From the IMG/VR virus record IMGVR_UViG_3300021255_000006: DNA of 64,000 nucleotides, one strand, 5' to 3'. The notes beneath the pieces were generated by a model, which did not search any database, was not told the origin of the DNA, and worked only from the letters and a program-made list of their open reading frames with translations. Shown piece after piece: positions 10,551 to 17,173 of this stretch (positions are counted from its first letter, which is position 1; every line of letters starts with the position of its first letter). The translations under genes and the position numbers were made by a program. Source of the stretch: an uncultured virus (IMG/VR IMGVR_UViG_3300021255_000006). Its lineage: Duplodnaviria; Heunggongvirae; Uroviricota; Caudoviricetes.

Positions 10551-12294
10551 ATAAATCCCTGTTCAGCTTATATGCTACATAAGCATCCATCATTGCGGCA
10601 ACAGCATCAATCTTTTGTTCATAACGGCGCTTATATAGTTTTCGGTTACCATTGGTGTCTTCTAATGCTATGCAATTACCCATGGCGAATTTCATTAATT
10701 CTTCGTCAAACAAAAGAAGCCGTTCCTCTGCTAATTTCTTTAATTCACCCAATGGAACAGACTCTGTTCTAGCTCCTTGAATGACTTTAACAACCGTCAA
10801 CGGATCGTTTTCATTAGTCCACCGTTCAACAAAATCTTTAGCATTATATGGGTCATAACCAAACGACATAACATCATAGTTAGCGTCGCTAATATGAGTC
10901 ATCAGATCGTCATAAACCTGCATCATGTCTAGAATTACTCCAGGCATAACAATAAGGCTGCCTTCATCAATAAACTCTAGATACTTTTGATGAAGAGCCG
11001 CCGGTAGCTTGTTCATAGTAGTTTCCGTTATGTAGTTACGAGTCTTAACTCCAAAAGCTCCATTTTGAATTGGGAAAAGAAATGTGAATGCACAGAAGTC
11101 ATCGCCCAACGATAAGTCTGCTCCAAGAGAGCACGACATGTTCCAAAACTCTCGTTTCCGATGTGGGATAGTTTCTTCATAAGTAAAGAAATACGTATGG
11201 CCTTCCATCGGAATGCCAAATCTCTTTGCAAGTATGTCGTTTCTGTCTGCTGGAACTTTTTCAAGTCTCTCAACAGCCTGCTGATATGTTTCAACAGATA
11301 CCGTTACTCCAATGTTCGGGTTAGCCTTCAACCACATATTGGGGTCATCAACTTCTGAAAGGCTGTCGAGCTTATACCAGAAAATAGAAACGTGCGGGTT
11401 ATTGTACTCTCCTCTGAGGATGTCCATTAAACCCATTTTCATAGTATCGCCAACGCCGTTTCGAGTTGTTCCTTCCGAACTAGCGGCAATGATAACATAA
11501 TCAGGAGCGGTGCCTTTAGCCCCACCCTGTTCTATTGCTTCAATAGGGTCTTCTGGTAAATCGCCGGAAAGCCATTCATCAAGAGTCGCATATTTCACTC
11601 TAAGACCCTGAAGTTTATTAATTTTAAGTGGTCTTATTTCAAGATATGAATTAGTTGCAAAGGATTCGATACCCTTCTTTGTAGTAGAAAGAAGTTTTTT
11701 GTTTGCGTTAGACCCACTAGTGCTATGAATTGAACCCATGGTCATAAATTCGAACACAGGACCTTTTGATCTGGTAATAGCCGTGGCAAACGGCTGTGTT
11801 ACCTCTTCAGATTGTTTCATCGTTGGAGACGTTGTTATCTGATGAGTCGTAGACGTGTCTATAACAAGACCATATGCATGAATGCACGTTAAGTATAAGG
11901 ACTTCGCGGCGGAACGACCTACGATCAAGTATTGCCTATTAATTAAGCGTTTCTTAACTCGTTTATTTACAAATTTTCGTCCTGTGTTACCTGGCATAAT
12001 TACAGGAACCGTAACATCAACAAAATAGTACCATCCAAAAATTTGTTCGCCCCAAAGCTTGAACGAATCAGTCATTATTAGATCACTACCGTCCGTTAAT
12101 GTAAGTTCCGCTTCACAAAACGCTATCCATCCTTCAACAACATCGCCATCGTAATAAATAGATGGATCTTCTATAAGAGCGTCTATTCTATTCATCTCAA
12201 GCGATATTGTTTCGCATACGGGTATCTCTCCTCTAATTACGGCATCTCTAAACATGCCGTAATATTTAGGTACAGCAGTGTTTGAAAGAGCCAT
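10543..12294 (-). CDS. terL: Terminase large subunit
   Basis: Walker A-like VGRSAAKS, Walker B YATLDE, nuclease motifs GADLS..DD and KIDAVAAMMDA. Confidence 0.92.
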   Translation of the reverse strand: MALSNTAVPKYYGMFRDAVIRGEIPVCETISLEMNRIDALIEDPSIYYDGDVVEGWIAFCEAELTLTDGSDLIMTDSFKLWGEQIFGWYYFVDVTVPVIMPGNTGRKFVNKRVKKRLINRQYLIVGRSAAKSLYLTCIHAYGLVIDTSTTHQITTSPTMKQSEEVTQPFATAITRSKGPVFEFMTMGSIHSTSGSNANKKLLSTTKKGIESFATNSYLEIRPLKINKLQGLRVKYATLDEWLSGDLPEDPIEAIEQGGAKGTAPDYVIIAASSEGTTRNGVGDTMKMGLMDILRGEYNNPHVSIFWYKLDSLSEVDDPNMWLKANPNIGVTVSVETYQQAVERLEKVPADRNDILAKRFGIPMEGHTYFFTYEETIPHRKREFWNMSCSLGADLSLGDDFCAFTFLFPIQNGAFGVKTRNYITETTMNKLPAALHQKYLEFIDEGSLIVMPGVILDMMQVYDDLMTHISDANYDVMSFGYDPYNAKDFVERWTNENDPLTVVKVIQGARTESVPLGELKKLAEERLLLFDEELMKFAMGNCIALEDTNGNRKLYKRRYEQKIDAVAAMMDAYVAYKLNRDLYE

Positions 12295-12312
12295 TTTGAA
12301 TTTCCTAATTAA

Positions 12313-12843
12313 TTAGAAGAAAAGAATTCTTCTAAGAGAAAGCGCGATAGTTGCTGCCGAAGCGCCCATAGCAAGAACGTCTCCGGCGGTATCTAAAAAT
12401 TTAGTTACTTTAGACCGTCCAGAATCGACTCTGTCTGATGTAAGCTGAGCATAATTTCTTTCGAGATTCATTCTATTGACGCGAGCTCTAAGTTCCGCAT
12501 CGGTCATTTCAGCTGCTTCTTTATATGCCGCTTTCCTTGAACGTCCGGCACGAGCATCATCCCCTCGTTTGGTAATTGTCGAACCTGTTCTAGCGAAATT
12601 ACTTGCGGCATTAAAACCCTTACTAGCAGCTTCATCTTCTGAAATTACTCTTTTATTCAAGTCGCTCTGGAATTTGTAGTCATTTGGGTCTTTATAACCC
12701 TTAGACTCTGCAAATTCTTTACCTGCTCCGGTAAGTGTTGATTTACCTTCTTCGTCTCTTTTCACATATCGTCGTCCGCCAGGAGTTGCCGCAAACCGTC
12801 CTAGGCGATCGTGATTGTGATTGTAGTGATATAGTTCTCTCAT
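12313..12843 (-). CDS. Putative internal virion protein (N-terminal ELYHY)
   Basis: MRELYHYNHNHDRLGRF; MTDAELRARVNRMNLE segment. Confidence 0.55.
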   Translation of the reverse strand: MRELYHYNHNHDRLGRFAATPGGRRYVKRDEEGKSTLTGAGKEFAESKGYKDPNDYKFQSDLNKRVISEDEAASKGFNAASNFARTGSTITKRGDDARAGRSRKAAYKEAAEMTDAELRARVNRMNLERNYAQLTSDRVDSGRSKVTKFLDTAGDVLAMGASAATIALSLRRILFF

Positions 12844-12854
12844 GCGTTCTCCTA

Positions 12855-13535
12855 TTATTCATCGATTAGTCGTGGCCGTCTTTTTCGTTTTTCTTTTCTA
12901 GCCTTACGAAGTCTATACGAATATTCATAGGACCCAAGACTTCTTTTGCCGATGTAGCCCATATTCTGAGCATTCTGATAACGACGAATGTCGTCACTCT
13001 CCGAATTCTTTTTTGCGGAATAAACATCAGCAACGCCTTTAAGCGCATAGCCAGTAGCAGCGTTAATAAGACCTGCTACGGCAACATGATTAGAAGTTAA
13101 TCTGCCATGGTTGCCTAAATCTGCTAGTCTAGTATTTAAATATGAATTCATTGCTCTTGAGCCTGCATAAGCAATGCCATGTGCGGCGAGCTGTTTAAAG
13201 TCATTTTTTGTAACGCTTTGCTTCTTTTTAATCCGACGTTCTCCTAGATCGATGCGTTTTGCTTCTTTAAGAGCAAGCTTGGCCTTTCTTTCCCGATCTT
13301 TTAACTCTGAAAGTTTTTTGGTGTTCATTCGGTCACTTGCTTTAGAAACATCTAGTCTACGACGAGCTTCCCCAAGTCGAATTCTTGCAATGTTTGTTCT
13401 AGAAGTGTCGCTTATATCTAAATCCAAACCATACCGTTTTCGTCCCGCTCTCGTATAAGAACCATCTTCATTCTGGTAACGACGAACGCCCCACCTCTGG
13501 CCTTTTATTCCATGATGATAAAGTTCATTAGACAT
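12855..13535 (-). CDS. Basic protein with ELYHHGIKGQRWGVRR motif, putative internal virion protein
   Basis: N-terminal motif; position in head module. Confidence 0.6.
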   Translation of the reverse strand: MSNELYHHGIKGQRWGVRRYQNEDGSYTRAGRKRYGLDLDISDTSRTNIARIRLGEARRRLDVSKASDRMNTKKLSELKDRERKAKLALKEAKRIDLGERRIKKKQSVTKNDFKQLAAHGIAYAGSRAMNSYLNTRLADLGNHGRLTSNHVAVAGLINAATGYALKGVADVYSAKKNSESDDIRRYQNAQNMGYIGKRSLGSYEYSYRLRKARKEKRKRRPRLIDE

Positions 13536-13595
13536 GTTTATTCCTCGATAAAAAAGAAGAGGACTAGCCCATCGAGAGCTAATACTCTTTGTTTG

Positions 13596-13928
13596 TCACG
13601 GATCTACCTCAAGATTCAAACGCCAAATCAATTCCGAAAGAGACGAATCAATAGCGTTCATTAGAGTTCCATTTGATGGCGGATCGAAAAGAACTTTAAC
13701 TTTCTGACCGACGAATGTTTTTACTCCTTCTAAATTTTTATCGCTAGTAAGAAAATCGCTCCAAACTTCATCCGGACCTGTTATTTTGAAATTCTTCTCA
13801 CCAATGCCAGCCTGCTGAAGAATCATAAGTGCCGTGTTGATGTGAGTAATCAGTTCTAAATCAAATGGGTCATACTCAAAAGTAATTCCGCAAATGGCCT
13901 TTATTGTATTAAGTATGCTTTCTTCCAT
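13596..13928 (-). CDS. Head-tail connector-like protein
   Basis: 110 aa helical protein; SILNTIK...FD.ELI.HIN...FDPPS. Confidence 0.55.
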   Translation of the reverse strand: MEESILNTIKAICGITFEYDPFDLELITHINTALMILQQAGIGEKNFKITGPDEVWSDFLTSDKNLEGVKTFVGQKVKVLFDPPSNGTLMNAIDSSLSELIWRLNLEVDP

Positions 13929-13977
13929 TTGTGTTGTACGAACCTATTCCTTTCTCCAATTTGTAGATATGCATAAA

Positions 13978-14046
13978 AAAAGAAGAGAAAGCGCATGTCA
14001 CGCTTTTAACTCTCTTCTCTTCATAAAAGGGGTTGTTTAGTTCGCG
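13978..14046 (-). repeat. 69-bp exact duplicate (copy 1) of a promoter-hairpin-U-tract unit
   Basis: Identical to 20903-20971. Confidence 0.9.
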
Positions 14047-14050
14047 TATA

Positions 14051-14470
14051 TTAAATTCTCCAGGGACATGTATCTCCCGGTTTTCTTTCGATAATTTCTG
14101 TTGGAATCAACAAATGTTCATCGCCATAATGAATTGCATTGTGTGTATTTAGTGAAACACAAATCAGAAATTCGGGATTCATAAGATTAGACAAATCTCC
14201 ATCGTCCAAATCCTTTGGTAAAATTGGATTCATATGATGCACAAAAACTTTGCCTGTTATACTCCTATCTAATATTCCCAAATCGCAAGCCTGATCTCGT
14301 ATAATCACATCTCTTCGGATCTTCTTCCAAGCATTAGATCTGTAAAAAACCTGATTCAAATATCGTTCATACCCAAATGTGTCTTTTCCAACAGTTCCTG
14401 AAAGTTTCAAATACTTAAAACGTTCTTCAAATGTTTTTAGTTTTGCTAATTCCGAATAAGATCTAATCAT
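14051..14470 (-). CDS. HNH endonuclease (packaging-associated)
   Basis: WKKIRRDVIIRD..CD...VHHMN...THNAIH; adjacent to putative terS. Confidence 0.85.
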   Translation of the reverse strand: MIRSYSELAKLKTFEERFKYLKLSGTVGKDTFGYERYLNQVFYRSNAWKKIRRDVIIRDQACDLGILDRSITGKVFVHHMNPILPKDLDDGDLSNLMNPEFLICVSLNTHNAIHYGDEHLLIPTEIIERKPGDTCPWRI

Positions 14471-14825
14471 AGTATTCCTCTTCGAAATCTTCTTCGTCTT
14501 CTGTTTCTTTTCCTCTGTATTTGGAAAAGGCTTTAAGAGCTCGCTCTAATATCTCCTCGTTTCTTTGTCCAGCTTTAATGGCTTCGGTTTTTGCCTGAAG
14601 CAGAAGATTCTCATTTTTTAGTTTTTCGGTTTCCTCCATGGCTTTTATCGTTCCAAGTTTAAGAAAATGCGTTATTACCTGAGAAGATGCTGTTCCATCC
14701 ATAAGTTGTTGTTCAGCAAGATCATACGCTAAGGAAACCGCTCGGCTTTCCCTTGCTTCGGGAGACAGAGCCGGCCTAAGTCTTTTTACTTGACTTTTTT
14801 CTGAGACCTTCTTTGGTCTTCCCAT
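14463..14825 (-). CDS. Putative terminase small subunit (start revised to MGRPKK, 14825)
   Basis: SD GGAGG before ATG 14825; first gene of packaging module; helical/coiled sequence. Confidence 0.55.
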   Translation of the reverse strand: MGRPKKVSEKSQVKRLRPALSPEARESRAVSLAYDLAEQQLMDGTASSQVITHFLKLGTIKAMEETEKLKNENLLLQAKTEAIKAGQRNEEILERALKAFSKYRGKETEDEEDFEEEYYD

Positions 14826-14856
14826 TCTCCAATACCTCCCTTTGGTTGGGTTACTG

Positions 14857-14973
14857 TTCAATTGGTGTTTCGAAGTGACTAAAACCGCACATCAAGGAGG
14901 TATTGCACATATCAACGCGAAGGAGATCGAAAAAACGTTGTTAAACTTTAGTCACTCCGAAACACCAATTGAA
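14857..14973 (-). promoter_or_regulatory. 27-bp inverted repeat with 63-nt loop containing anti-SD sequences, leader of putative terS
   Basis: Arms 14857-14883 and 14947-14973; the single mismatch is G-U on the minus strand. Confidence 0.75.
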
Positions 14974-15053
14974 AAATGTCATTTTGAAAATTAGAAGAAC
15001 CAACTTATACACTCAAGCACAGTCATGAAATGTTTACGATAATCAACCGGCTT

Positions 15054-15284
15054 TCAAACCTCGTTCAGTGCTTTCTCAGCCTCCTCTTTTGTCTTTGCAT
15101 GATCTGTCAGCTGATTACATTTCTGCATATACCACTCGAGATGTTTTGCGTGTGTCATCTCTTCACGAGCCATGTCGCGGAACATTCCTTCGTTTGTCTG
15201 CTTGTACAGATCGACGTACTCCTGCACGCCATGATACTCTTCATCCAAATGTTCATTCAGTTTCTTATAGTCAAGCATTCTCAC
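15054..15284 (-). CDS. Small ferritin-like helical protein
   Basis: DEE...EY and REEMTH (ExxH) di-metal-type motifs. Confidence 0.5.
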   Translation of the reverse strand: MRMLDYKKLNEHLDEEYHGVQEYVDLYKQTNEGMFRDMAREEMTHAKHLEWYMQKCNQLTDHAKTKEEAEKALNEV

Positions 15285-15651
15285 TATTCTCCTTTGCCTT
15301 ATTCACATAGTCTTCAAGTTTCTCGATATCTCCAGACCTGAAAGTAAGAATGTTCTCGGTTGAGGTGATAAACTTGATTGGAGGAATCGTCACGGGAATA
15401 CCACCGTACTCTTCCACAAGATTGTTAAGAACCTTGAAGATTGTCTCGGTATCATACAGACCGCTTTCTCCCTGAAGAACCGAGGCAACAAGTGGATTAT
15501 TAAGAAACGGGTCAATGATAGCTGGTTTAGTATTAATGGCATAGAGTGCTGCAGACAAAACCATTTGCGTCCGTCGGTCTTCGATGTGAGGAATAACTTC
15601 TGTTTTGACATATTTGACCACGGCGATAAGCAGTTCTTTCTTTGTAACCAT
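15271..15651 (-). CDS. Hypothetical protein
   Basis: ORF with SD, overlapping the next gene. Confidence 0.7.
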   Translation of the reverse strand: MVTKKELLIAVVKYVKTEVIPHIEDRRTQMVLSAALYAINTKPAIIDPFLNNPLVASVLQGESGLYDTETIFKVLNNLVEEYGGIPVTIPPIKFITSTENILTFRSGDIEKLEDYVNKAKENSENA

Positions 15652-15747
15652 TTTATGTCCTTCCCAAAAAAGGCAGAGCCGCCAAACCGTATAAGCGGAA
15701 TGACAGCCCTGCCGAATTGTTAAAGTATTAAGTTAGTTCTATTAATC

Positions 15748-16290
15748 TTAACCGTTAGTGCCACTAGTAGCCGTCTTTACGGTACCGCCAGCCGCCGTGA
15801 TCTCTACAGGTCCCCAGCCTGGCATAACAGAAGAATTCGGAATGACCATCTGTGTCATCTGCTGAAGCTGAGCGACCTGTCCCTGGATGCATCCGATAAG
15901 ACCCTGCTGTGTAGCGTTCCAAACAGCCTGGGCATTAAGCTGCTGCTGAACACCAGCGAACTGCATACCCATCTGATTCTTCACATCATCGATCTTATCA
16001 TTCATCTTTTCAGTCAAATCCGCAATCTTCTGATCAGTATACTTATTTGACTCGAGAGATGCGATCTTGAAGTCACGATCTGAGATTTCTCTGTAAAGAC
16101 CCATGTCATGTCGGGTTACAGGAATGTCGCCCTCATTCTGAGGACCTCTCGGACCACGAGGACCAAAATTGAGAAGATCCAGACCTCCGGCTCCGTTGAG
16201 AGCTCCAAGTGCAGTACCGATGATACCAGTAGCCAGACCTGCATTACCTACTGCTCTGCTTGCGTATTCCATTGATGTTCCTTTCTCCAA
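15748..16290 (-). CDS. Hypothetical protein with Gly-rich hydrophobic N-terminus and Gln-rich coiled coil (start probably MEYAS, 16272)
   Basis: GNAGLATGIIGTALG segment; followed by a terminator-like hairpin at ~15666-15712. Confidence 0.7.
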   Translation of the reverse strand: MEKGTSMEYASRAVGNAGLATGIIGTALGALNGAGGLDLLNFGPRGPRGPQNEGDIPVTRHDMGLYREISDRDFKIASLESNKYTDQKIADLTEKMNDKIDDVKNQMGMQFAGVQQQLNAQAVWNATQQGLIGCIQGQVAQLQQMTQMVIPNSSVMPGWGPVEITAAGGTVKTATSGTNG

Positions 16291-16481
16291 TGTAATACTT
16301 GGAATAATATGATGTTAAATACTATCTATCTCGACTTAGCCGTTGCGCACCAGCCAAGCAAGATGTCACGTTACTAAAAATATCCTTCGATTTGTTATTA
16401 TTCTATACAAAAGAGTGACACATTATAAATACTTAATTACGCTTTGTAGTGTGTTTTTCGCAACATTTATCGCCCATTACA

Positions 16482-16586
16482 TGTGTTTTACATTGCTATA
16501 TAGCTGTCCAGAATATAAAAAGAAGCAGAAAAAGTTGCTGCCCAGAAAGGAGTTCACTGGACAGCCATATAGCAATGTAAAACACA
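16482..16586. repeat. 30-bp inverted repeat with 45-nt loop
   Basis: TGTGTTTTACATTGCTATAT(A/G)GCTGTCCAG arms at 16482-16511 and 16557-16586, one mismatch. Confidence 0.9.
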
Positions 16587-16925
16587 AATATAAAATTTAC
16601 CTCTGGAGAAATTTTGGAGACCGGCGCGATGACGACATATATAAGTTTTTAGGAGTACCCCCCCTGTATGCTATTAAAATATAATAAATATAATTTTTCT
16701 TTTTTTTTACTTTTTCTGTGCATGTACATGTAAAGTTTTAACTACTTATACATACTATAAAAGTTTTTGTATACATGAAAAATTTTACATGTACATACAC
16801 AACAACAAGTTTGTATACTAATTAATTTGATTTAAGATTATTAGTATACTATGCATACATACACATTTGTACATTAATACTTTTAACAAACTACACAAAT
16901 GTGTTTGACATTGAACTAACAAAGT

Positions 16926-17153
16926 TTAGCGTTTTACTTTTTTGTAAAGTAAAGGATTAAACTTAATCATTTCATCTATAGCATATTCAAGTTCTTTATC
17001 ATTCTCATATTCAGACAGTTGATCTGAAGTAGTAGCAATTCTAGCTAGATAGCCACAAGTGTTATAACCTTTAAACACATCAAATATGAACCAATTCTCA
17101 AAGTCATCAATTGGATCATAAGGATTATCGAACGTTGTTATAGCAGTTCTCAT
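16926..17153 (-). CDS. Hypothetical protein downstream of the RNAP-like gene
   Basis: SD GAGG; TTFDNPYDP...GYNTCGYLARI. Confidence 0.7.
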   Translation of the reverse strand: MRTAITTFDNPYDPIDDFENWFIFDVFKGYNTCGYLARIATTSDQLSEYENDKELEYAIDEMIKFNPLLYKKVKR

Positions 17154-17173
17154 ATTGTTACCTCATTTACAAA

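Noticed and set aside
16459..16483. Plus-strand copy of the phage promoter motif (CGC-N7-ATC-N8-CATG)
   Set aside because: Mismatches in two of three blocks and opposite orientation to all other copies; too weak to call
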